From: an uncultured bacterium
GTDB lineage: Bacteria; Patescibacteriota; Minisyncoccia; Phycocordibacterales; PALSA-1337
NCBI GenBank assembly: GCA_903900935.1
Contig: CAIUOX010000011.1
Coordinates: 1 to 46,881, forward strand
Direction of reading: 5' to 3'
DNA: 46,881 bases
The first letter of the stretch is position 1. Each line of letters opens with the position of its first letter. A program made the translations under genes and the position numbers. The notes under the pieces were generated by a model, which searched no databases, was not told the DNA's origin, and saw nothing but the letters and a program-made list of their open reading frames with translations. Positions 1 to 8,329 of the stretch are shown here, piece by piece.

Positions 1-82
1 CCTGCCGAGTCCTTTTTAGTAGTTTTAATCATTTGGATTTTGCTCGAAATAGTTTCGAACTTTGTCCAGTAAGCACCGCCAA

Positions 83-110
83 TGATATGTACCCCATAAA
101 GTGGACACAG
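83..110 (+). mobile_element. IS3-family-like terminal inverted repeat (orphan end, no transposase)
   Basis: TGATATGTACCCCATAAAGTGGACACAG: starts with TG, then a C-run, then GGACA, as in IS3/IS150-group ends. No partner end or transposase seen nearby. Confidence 0.55.
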
Positions 111-123
111 ATTTTATGATAAT

Positions 124-684
124 ATGGTGTTCATGAAACTAGATAAAGAAAAAGTTAGAAACCTTGCATTCATAGACGGACAAAATCTACACATGGGCAC
201 AGCAAAGCGGAAAAAAGATCCGTGGCATATTGATCTTGCGCGTTTTCTAGTGTATCTCAAGGAGAAATACAATGTAGATGAAGCTTACTATTTTCTTGGA
301 TATGTTCAAGAAGAAAATCAAGAATTGTATGATGAAATACAGAAGGCTGGTTTCATTCTTAAATTTCGAGAACATAATCCAGCTATGATCGGAAAGAAAA
401 AAGGTAATGTTGATTCGGATATCATTTTCCATATAATGAAAAAGATGTATAAGAAAGAAGATTTTGAAAAGATTGTCCTTGTATCAGGAGATGGTGATTA
501 CAAGCTGGTGGTGGATTTCATGATAGAAGAAAAAAGATTTGTGAAAATATTGTTTCCAGATCTTGATAGAGCATCTTCTCTCTATAAAAAACTCTCAAAC
601 AAATACTTTGCTAATTTGGATAATAAAGATATTAGAACAAAAATCACTATCAGTAACCTGGGTAAAAAGAAAAGGGTGCCTTAG
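124..684 (+). CDS. NYN domain (LabA/DUF88, PIN-like) putative ribonuclease
   Basis: Motifs FIDGQN, KKGNVD and LVSGDGDY; acidic active-site residues intact. Confidence 0.9.
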   Translation: MVFMKLDKEKVRNLAFIDGQNLHMGTAKRKKDPWHIDLARFLVYLKEKYNVDEAYYFLGYVQEENQELYDEIQKAGFILKFREHNPAMIGKKKGNVDSDIIFHIMKKMYKKEDFEKIVLVSGDGDYKLVVDFMIEEKRFVKILFPDLDRASSLYKKLSNKYFANLDNKDIRTKITISNLGKKKRVP

Positions 685-718
685 GTAATTAACCGTTTGG
701 ACCCCTTTTCGTCGTAAT
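664..718 (-). ncRNA. Putative small structured RNA convergent to the NYN gene
   Basis: Minus-strand promoter upstream; stem GAAAAGGG/CCCUUUUC (703-710 with 669-676) followed by UUUUU on the minus strand only. Confidence 0.5.
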
Positions 719-724
719 ACCTAT

Positions 725-753
725 ATCCTAGCTAACGGTTCGCTAAAAGTCAA
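725..753 (-). promoter_or_regulatory. sigma70-type promoter pointing into the NYN 3' end
   Basis: TTGACT (753-748), 17-nt spacer, TAGGAT (730-725). Confidence 0.65.
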
Positions 754-803
754 GCAAAATTGTGGATTAGATTTTGACAATATATTTGTTGTATAATACA
801 TTC

Positions 804-2459
804 ATGAAATATTTTATACGCACCATAATTGCTATCTTTACTATTACATTGATATCTTGTAGCTTTTCTATTCATGCAAATGCCTCATCACAACCATCAC
901 TGCTTGTAACTTCGCTTGGTTCTGATTCTATGCAGGTGTCGGTTATGGCCGGTGATCCAAATTCCACGGTTAGTTTGCACTATCAATCTGCTTCATCAAT
1001 GGCCTCTATTCCTATTGGAACTAGCAATATCAATGGCAATTTGTCTACAATCATCAATTCTACGACATATCAGATAAAGGGAAATACTCAAGTATATGTG
1101 ACCGCAAATGGAGCATCTTCGCCGAGCACTTTGTGGCCTGATTATTCAAATTCTGGAACATTGTCGCTTAGTCCAGCTGGTCTAGCTATGAAAAAGGGAC
1201 AAGTTACTACGGTAGTTGCTTCTGTCGGATCCAATCTATCAGTTTCTGACAATCCAAATCCTTCTGTTGCTATTGTTTCTATAAGTGGTAGTCAGATTAC
1301 GGTAAATGCTTTAAATTCAGGTTCGACCAATATGATCATCTGTGCTTCTAATATAGGATGTAGAACACTTTACGTATCAGTTGATGCACAAAATAATTCT
1401 ATGAATAGTTCAATTTCTTTTAGTCAGAACAATTCATCTATTACTGTAGGCCAAGTACAGAGTATTTCTATATATGGACAAAGTTCATATGTGCTTTCAA
1501 ACAATTCAAATTCTAGCTCAGTTGGTGCAACATTGAATGGTAGCACCATAACTTTGACTGGTCTCATTCCTGGTCCATCAACGATAACTGTATGTGCAGG
1601 AGGTGGAACAGTGTGCAATTATTTATATGTGACTGTTCAATCATCAACTTCATATTTACAGCCAATGATATCTTTTAGTCAAGGTATTCTCAATTTGATC
1701 ATCGGACAAAATCAGTCAGTATCTATAAGTGGAACAGGAACATATGGTATATCCAATAATTCCAATATTGGAGTAGCCGTAGCAAATATTTCAGGATCTA
1801 CTCTCAATATAAATGCTCTTTCGCAGGGAAGTACAACTGTAACTGTATGTGCTATCGGTACAAATAATAGGACATGTAGTGGTGTATCAGTATCAGTACA
1901 GCAGACACAAAGTCAGATTGCATCAACTACAAATCCGAGGATCACTCTTAGTCAGACAAATTTGAATATGACTATTGGACAGAGTCAGTATGTCACAATA
2001 ACAGGTAATGGTGGGTATTATATTTCACAAAATTCTGGACAAAATGCTATTTCTGCAAATATATCTGGTAATACTTTGGAGATAAGTGCCATTGCATCTG
2101 GTGGCTCAAATATAACTGTGTGTCAGAATTCAAATCAGTGTGCCACGGTATATGCCTATTCAGCACCATCTTTCATGAATACTTCAAGTAACAGTCCATC
2201 AGTTATCACGCCCACTTTGGTATTTTTAACATTCAGCAAACCTCTCTATGTCGGAGTAACTGCTCTTGGAATTTCTGATCCAGAAGTAGTAGCTCTACAA
2301 AAGCACTTGAAAGCAGATGGGGTATATTCTGGTCCTATTACTGGATATTTTGGTACCCAAACAAAAGCCGCTGTCCAAAAGTATCAGCGCAAAAATAAGC
2401 TAAGTCCTATTGGATCTGTTGGTCCAGCTACACGCGCATTACTAAACAAAAGTATATAA
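804..2459 (+). CDS. Secreted Ser/Thr/Asn-rich protein with four Ig-like repeats and a C-terminal peptidoglycan-binding domain
   Basis: Signal peptide from ATG 804 (TATAAT 6 nt upstream); four ~85-aa repeats, each ending in a Cys pair; C-terminal EVVALQKHL...TGYFGTQTKAAVQKYQ...GSVGPATRALLN (PG_binding_1 pattern). Confidence 0.8.
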   Translation: MKYFIRTIIAIFTITLISCSFSIHANASSQPSLLVTSLGSDSMQVSVMAGDPNSTVSLHYQSASSMASIPIGTSNINGNLSTIINSTTYQIKGNTQVYVTANGASSPSTLWPDYSNSGTLSLSPAGLAMKKGQVTTVVASVGSNLSVSDNPNPSVAIVSISGSQITVNALNSGSTNMIICASNIGCRTLYVSVDAQNNSMNSSISFSQNNSSITVGQVQSISIYGQSSYVLSNNSNSSSVGATLNGSTITLTGLIPGPSTITVCAGGGTVCNYLYVTVQSSTSYLQPMISFSQGILNLIIGQNQSVSISGTGTYGISNNSNIGVAVANISGSTLNINALSQGSTTVTVCAIGTNNRTCSGVSVSVQQTQSQIASTTNPRITLSQTNLNMTIGQSQYVTITGNGGYYISQNSGQNAISANISGNTLEISAIASGGSNITVCQNSNQCATVYAYSAPSFMNTSSNSPSVITPTLVFLTFSKPLYVGVTALGISDPEVVALQKHLKADGVYSGPITGYFGTQTKAAVQKYQRKNKLSPIGSVGPATRALLNKSI

Positions 2460-2501
2460 GCTTGATGGGTATAGGGTTGATTTTATGCTACCCTAAACTC
2501 T

Positions 2502-4286
2502 ATGTCCCATAGACAAGAATATCCAAAAGTCACCATTATCGACGTACTCAAAGAGTATGGCCGTGTTGCCAAAAAGTATTGGTTTGCTCTTATAGTTGCA
2601 ATTATTTCTACTATTGTGCCGATTATATCAGCTAGTATAATCGCGCCACTATTCTATAAGAAATTTTTTGATATCTTGACTCAAGGAGCTAATCCTCTTG
2701 TCGCAACTCCTGAACTAATAAATATTATTCTCTTCATATTGTTGATGAATGTTATTGCGTGGATAAGTTTCCGCATATATTCATTTGTTATTGTTCACAT
2801 ACAAACAGGTATTATGAATAATTTACGCCAGGATGCTTATGATTACATCATTGGTCATTCGTATGCATTTTTTAGTAATACATTCAGTAGTTCATTGGTG
2901 CAAAAGATCAATCGATTCATGCGTTCGTTTGAGCGTGTTACTGATAGATTTTTCCAAGAAATTATACCAATCATGGTCAGAGTTATTGGTGTGTGTATTG
3001 TTCTTTGGTATATACAGCCGATCCTCACTCTTGCCATTGTTATTTGGATGGTTGTATTTCTATTACTTTCATTTGTATTATCACGTTGGAAAATACCATA
3101 TGATATCAATTCTGCAAAAGTGGAGTCTTTGGCTACTGCCACAATGGCTGACAGCCTTTCCAATCATGCCACAATACAGATGTTCAATCGTTTTTCTTAC
3201 GAATCCAGTCTTTTTGGTATTGCAAATACTACTTATACCAAAGCACTCAGTGCAAAATGGAATGTTTCCAATGTGATCGATGCGATACAAGCAGTCCTCA
3301 ATGTTGCTACAGAATTCTTGATCTTTTATGTGGCTATCAAGTTTTGGGGAATGGGCATGATATCAGTAGGAACATTCGTATTGATCCAGATATATATCAT
3401 CGGTCTTATGAACAATTTCTGGGCATGGAGTCGTATATTGCGTGATTTGTATGAAGCCTTTGCTGATGCTAAAGAAGCTGTTGAAATCATGAAACTTTCT
3501 CACGGAATAAAGGATGCTCCTCATGCAAAACCACTCACAGTTACTTCTGGTGCTATTGATTTCAAGGATATTGGTTTTCATTTCAATGAAGGCTCAGGAG
3601 TCTTGAATGGTATTGCCTTGAATATAAAACCTGGCGAACGAGTTGCTCTTATCGGTCCTTCTGGAGCAGGCAAGTCAACAATGGTTAGATTGTTATTACG
3701 TTTGTATGATATCCAAAAAGGCTCTATTTCTATTGATGGCCAGGATATTACACATGTTACTCAGGGAAGTTTACGTGAGTCGATTAGTTTTGTGCCACAA
3801 GATCCGATACTGTTCCATCGTTCACTCAAAGATAATATTAAATATGGCAAAACTGATGCAACTGACGAGGAGGTTATATGTGCTGCAAAACTCGCACATT
3901 GTCATGAGTTTATTGAGACTCTTCCGAATGGTTATGATACCTATGTAGGTGAGCGTGGTATCAAACTTTCTGGTGGTGAACGTCAGCGTGTTGCGATTGC
4001 GCGAGCAATACTCAAGAATGCACCGATTCTTGTGCTTGATGAGGCAACATCAAGCCTAGATTCACATTCAGAAATGCTCATTCAAGATGCACTTGATGTT
4101 CTCATGAAAGATAAAACGGTAGTTGTTATTGCGCACAGACTTTCAACTATCAGTAAGATGAATCGTATCGTTGTGCTTGATCAAGGATCTATTATTGAGC
4201 AGGGTAGTCATGATGAGCTTCTACGCAAAAATGGTCTATATGCAAAATTGTGGTCATTGCAATCGCAAGGATTCATCAAAAGCTAA
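2502..4286 (+). CDS. ABC exporter, fused permease/ATPase (MsbA/MdlB-like)
   Basis: N-terminal TM domain; GPSGAGKST, LSGGERQR, LVLDEATS, IAHRLST. Confidence 0.93.
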   Translation: MSHRQEYPKVTIIDVLKEYGRVAKKYWFALIVAIISTIVPIISASIIAPLFYKKFFDILTQGANPLVATPELINIILFILLMNVIAWISFRIYSFVIVHIQTGIMNNLRQDAYDYIIGHSYAFFSNTFSSSLVQKINRFMRSFERVTDRFFQEIIPIMVRVIGVCIVLWYIQPILTLAIVIWMVVFLLLSFVLSRWKIPYDINSAKVESLATATMADSLSNHATIQMFNRFSYESSLFGIANTTYTKALSAKWNVSNVIDAIQAVLNVATEFLIFYVAIKFWGMGMISVGTFVLIQIYIIGLMNNFWAWSRILRDLYEAFADAKEAVEIMKLSHGIKDAPHAKPLTVTSGAIDFKDIGFHFNEGSGVLNGIALNIKPGERVALIGPSGAGKSTMVRLLLRLYDIQKGSISIDGQDITHVTQGSLRESISFVPQDPILFHRSLKDNIKYGKTDATDEEVICAAKLAHCHEFIETLPNGYDTYVGERGIKLSGGERQRVAIARAILKNAPILVLDEATSSLDSHSEMLIQDALDVLMKDKTVVVIAHRLSTISKMNRIVVLDQGSIIEQGSHDELLRKNGLYAKLWSLQSQGFIKS

Positions 4287-4304
4287 TAATGTTATGATAC
4301 AGGC

Positions 4305-4796
4305 ATGACACATACAATTATTCTCATAATCGCAGGAATCCTTCTTATTCCAGGTATTATAATGTCGATTATTCCTGTAGTTCCAGGAATGTTGTATATG
4401 CTAGTTGTTGTTGTATTATATGGTTTCTATGACAACTTTTATCACATTACTTTGCTTGATGTTGGTATACTTGCTTTGATCTCTGCAATAGCGATGATTA
4501 TTGATACTATTTCTGGATTGATTGGGGCAAAGTGGGGAGGAGCTGATTGGACAGCAATTGTGTCTGGTTTCGTTGGTCTTATATTTGGTTCGGCATTTAT
4601 TCCAGTACCTATCATCGGGAGTATTATTGGAATGTTTTTTGGAGTATTAGCTTCTGAGTGGTATAGAACACGCAATATTGTTCATTCACATCGTGTAGCT
4701 ACTGGAAGCATCATCGGTTCTCTTGCTGGTGCTGGTGTGAAACTTGTAGCATCATTTGCATTCTTAATTTTATTTATTGCATTCGCCCTATATTAG
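4305..4796 (+). CDS. DUF456 family membrane protein
   Basis: Hydrophobic 163 aa with IIPVVPG, GAKWGGA and PIIGSIIGMFFGVLASE patterns. Confidence 0.75.
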   Translation: MTHTIILIIAGILLIPGIIMSIIPVVPGMLYMLVVVVLYGFYDNFYHITLLDVGILALISAIAMIIDTISGLIGAKWGGADWTAIVSGFVGLIFGSAFIPVPIIGSIIGMFFGVLASEWYRTRNIVHSHRVATGSIIGSLAGAGVKLVASFAFLILFIAFALY

Positions 4797-4828
4797 TTTG
4801 TACGCTATAATTTTCAATATTCAAACGT

Positions 4829-5620
4829 ATGATACTCCTTATTTCTCTTGCAACATTCACAGCTACGCTAATCGGTGGTCTTGTTGCTGTGCGTCTCAAA
4901 GATAAGCTCCATATAATTCTTGGTTTTAGTGCTGGTGCAATAGTTGCTGTTGCATTTTTTGATCTTATACCAGAATCACTCAATATTGGTTCTCGTTTTT
5001 TTGGTGCTGATACTATTATGAGTATTGTTGCTCTTGGTTTTTTGATATATCTGGTTCTTGATCGCGCCATATTTCTTCATGCACACGCTCATGAAGAATG
5101 TGAAACCACTGGACATACTTTTGATATTTCAAAACATGAGCATGATCATGAATATGAACCATCAGTCATAGAATCAAAAAAGCTTAGACGAGGTGTATTT
5201 GGAGCAGGAAGTCTTTCAATCCATAGTTTTCTAGATGGTGTTGCAATTGGCCTTTCATTTCAGGTATCTACTACTGTTGGTATTATTGTTGCGGTAGCTG
5301 TTCTCGTGCATGATTTTTCTGATGGTATGAATACAGTCAGTATGATCCTCAAGAATAAGGGTACTACAAAACACGCACTTCGATGGCTTGTAGTAGATGC
5401 AATAGCTCCTGTATTGGGTGTCACATCAACTCTCTTTTTTACATTACCAGAACAATATTTGAGCGTTGTTCTTGCATTATTCTCTGGTTTCTTTTTGTAT
5501 ATTGGTGCTAGTGATCTTATTCCTGAGAGTCAGCACAAGCATCCAAAATTATTAACTACAGGTATGACACTGTTTGGAGCTACTGTACTATATGTTGTGA
5601 TACGTATTGCTGGATTATAA
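4829..5620 (+). CDS. ZIP family divalent metal transporter
   Basis: HSFLDG and HDFSDG transmembrane metal motifs; His-rich loop; GASDLIPE. Confidence 0.88.
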   Translation: MILLISLATFTATLIGGLVAVRLKDKLHIILGFSAGAIVAVAFFDLIPESLNIGSRFFGADTIMSIVALGFLIYLVLDRAIFLHAHAHEECETTGHTFDISKHEHDHEYEPSVIESKKLRRGVFGAGSLSIHSFLDGVAIGLSFQVSTTVGIIVAVAVLVHDFSDGMNTVSMILKNKGTTKHALRWLVVDAIAPVLGVTSTLFFTLPEQYLSVVLALFSGFFLYIGASDLIPESQHKHPKLLTTGMTLFGATVLYVVIRIAGL

Positions 5621-5690
5621 TCTTGGAAACATAATTGTAGTGAGTAGCTATCAATCTATATAGTATATTTTTTCTGCTATACTATCATTC

Positions 5691-7607
5691 ATGAATAGTA
5701 TCTCTCATATTGCTTCTACGCATACAAAACGTACATTTACTGAGATAGAAGGAACATTTTTTCTGGTGATGGATATAACGCTTATTGTTGCTACAACTAT
5801 CATGTTGATTGCTTCTTTTTTCTTGCATAAAGATATTGCTGATATTATTCTTGCAACTCTGACAGTAATAGGACTTATTCCTGTAGCAGTGTCCGCTATT
5901 CATTCACTGATTCGAAGACGGCTTTCAATTGATTTGCTCGCTGCTATTGCTCTGATTTTCTCGCTTATTTCTCGAGAATGGTTCTCAGCAGGATTTATTA
6001 CGTTGATGTTGGCTTTCGCCCGTCTTTTTGGTCGTATTACCGAAGCTCGCGCCAATAAGACCATTCAAAGTTTGATGAAATATCATGTTGAGAATGTACG
6101 CGTACAAGTCGGAGAAACTATACGAGAAATGCACATTAGTGAAGTTAAAAAAGGCGATCATGTCATTGTTGAATCAGGAGATCGTATGCCAGTTGATGGT
6201 ACAGTTATATCTGGTGTAGCTGAGATTGATGAATCTTCATTGACTGGCGAGAGCGAATTGGTTCCCAAAAAGGTAGGTGATCAGGTATATACAGCCACTG
6301 TCAATGAATCTGGTTCACTCGTAGTCCGTGCAGAAAAGCTTGGTGCAGATACTACATTGTCTCGTATGATTAGTTTGGTTGATGAGGCAAGTCGCCAGAA
6401 GAATGATGCTGAGCGTGCTGCGGATAGATTTACTCAATGGTATATTGCTCTATCATTGGTTACAGCTGTAACAATGTATATGCTTGGTATAAGTCCAAGA
6501 AATATACTTTCAGTTTTATTGGTAGTTTGTGCAGATGATATCGCTGTTGCAGTACCACTTGCATTCACTGCAGCTATTAGTCGTGCGGCAAAGCGTGGAG
6601 TTATCGTGAAAGGTTCACAAGCATTTGAGCAGATATCTCGCTTAAAATATATTTTGACTGATAAGACCGGCACGATTACTAGAGGTAAGCCAAAAGTTAT
6701 TGATATCAAAGCATATGGTCCATGGTCTATTGAACAGGTCGTTGAGTATTTTGGTATGGGGGCCTCAGAGTCGCGACACATAGTCTCTCGAGCTATTCTT
6801 GAATATTTATCTGAGCATCATCTATCTGTGCATGCACCACATGAATCATCAGAAGTTTCTGGTCAAGGCATCAACTTTTCTCACGATAATCAGCAGATGT
6901 TCCTTGGTCGCCTTTCATTCTTGGAAACAAAAGGTATTCATGTTGATGAAGCAATCATACGAGACATCACTAGTGAAAAAGATGCAGGCAGAGGAATCGT
7001 TGTGCTAGCAATCAATAATGAGATTGCTGGTCTACTCTCATACCGCGATGAAATTCGTCCAAGAGTAAAAGAAATTATTGCAGAAACAAAAGAGCTTGGT
7101 GTATTGGAGTGGCATTTGTTGACTGGTGACAATGAGCGCTCTGCGGCTCCAGTGGTCCGCGAGCTTGGTATCAATGATTTTCATGCCAATATGACTCCTG
7201 AAACAAAAGTTGCTTTTATCAAAGCTTTTCAGGAAAAACACCGTGCGCACTCAAAACACGCCAATTGGGAGGTGGTTGGATATATTGGTGATGGGGTGAA
7301 TGATGCTGGTGCCTTGGCGCTTGTGGACGTATCTATTGCAATGGGTGGAATCGGAGCTGATGCCGCGATAGAAGCATCTGATATAACAATCATGAAAGAT
7401 CATCTGTCTAGATTGCCAGAAGTAATGCTTTTGTCACAGCGTGTTACTAGAATCATGCATCAGAATTTTGCTATATGGGCTATTACCAATATCATTGGAT
7501 TGGGATTGGTTGCATTTGGAGTAATTGGACCAGCAGGTGCCGCTACATACAATTTTCTTTCTGATTTTTTGCCGATCGGTAATGCTCTTCGTGCAGGAAG
7601 AAAATAA
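5691..7607 (+). CDS. P1B-type cation-translocating P-type ATPase (atypical CADD motif)
   Basis: SLTGES, DKTGT phosphorylation site, LTGD, GDGVND; VVCADDIAVAVP where CPC is expected. Confidence 0.88.
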   Translation: MNSISHIASTHTKRTFTEIEGTFFLVMDITLIVATTIMLIASFFLHKDIADIILATLTVIGLIPVAVSAIHSLIRRRLSIDLLAAIALIFSLISREWFSAGFITLMLAFARLFGRITEARANKTIQSLMKYHVENVRVQVGETIREMHISEVKKGDHVIVESGDRMPVDGTVISGVAEIDESSLTGESELVPKKVGDQVYTATVNESGSLVVRAEKLGADTTLSRMISLVDEASRQKNDAERAADRFTQWYIALSLVTAVTMYMLGISPRNILSVLLVVCADDIAVAVPLAFTAAISRAAKRGVIVKGSQAFEQISRLKYILTDKTGTITRGKPKVIDIKAYGPWSIEQVVEYFGMGASESRHIVSRAILEYLSEHHLSVHAPHESSEVSGQGINFSHDNQQMFLGRLSFLETKGIHVDEAIIRDITSEKDAGRGIVVLAINNEIAGLLSYRDEIRPRVKEIIAETKELGVLEWHLLTGDNERSAAPVVRELGINDFHANMTPETKVAFIKAFQEKHRAHSKHANWEVVGYIGDGVNDAGALALVDVSIAMGGIGADAAIEASDITIMKDHLSRLPEVMLLSQRVTRIMHQNFAIWAITNIIGLGLVAFGVIGPAGAATYNFLSDFLPIGNALRAGRK

Positions 7608-7657
7608 TTTACTATATTCAAATATGGCGATGGTGATGTACATGTTATACTTATTTC

Positions 7658-8299
7658 ATGAATATATTCATAACATCTCCACTTATAGGATTGGTCGCGC
7701 TGGTACTTGTATGGATTATTGCCAGCTGGAAGGTCAATCGCGTCAGCTCACCACCATATCATGTGATTTCCAAAAAGAAGGAGTATGAGATACGTGCATA
7801 CAATCCTTATATTGTCGCTGAGACTATTGTAGAAGGTGATCGAGATATTGCGATGAAAACTGGTTTCAAAATTCTTGCTTCATATATTTTTGGTGGCAAT
7901 GTTGATCGTACAAAGATAGACATGACGGCCCCTGTAGTTGAGAGTGATTTGGCTTCGGTCAAAATTCCAATGACTACTCCAGTAATTGTCAGAGACAATT
8001 CAAAGACTTCTCACGTCATTTCTTTTGTGATGTCTAGAGAATATACGCTTGCCACTCTTCCCAAGCCTACTGATTCTCGTATCGTTTTCAATACAATACC
8101 TGCACATAATGTGGCAGTTAGAAATTTTTCTTGGTATGCCAGCAATAGTCGGACTCAGAAACAAAAAGATATACTGAATGCAGTTTTGACTCGTGATGGA
8201 ATCATACAAGAAGGTGGCATATCATATGCTGGCTATACTGCACCATTCACGATTCCTTTTATGGAAAAGCATGAGGTTATGGTTAGAGTTCAAATATAG
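7658..8299 (+). CDS. SOUL family heme-binding protein
   Basis: YEIRAY, GFKILASYIFGGN, KIxMTAPV, ISFVM, LPKP motifs; N-terminal TM segment. Confidence 0.85.
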   Translation: MNIFITSPLIGLVALVLVWIIASWKVNRVSSPPYHVISKKKEYEIRAYNPYIVAETIVEGDRDIAMKTGFKILASYIFGGNVDRTKIDMTAPVVESDLASVKIPMTTPVIVRDNSKTSHVISFVMSREYTLATLPKPTDSRIVFNTIPAHNVAVRNFSWYASNSRTQKQKDILNAVLTRDGIIQEGGISYAGYTAPFTIPFMEKHEVMVRVQI

Positions 8300-8329
8300 T
8301 ATAGTTAAATATGCTACTCTATATTTTCA

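Noticed and set aside
1-12. Possible tRNA 3' end (CCTGCCGAGTCC) at the window edge
   Set aside because: Too little sequence; no T-arm or CCA visible.
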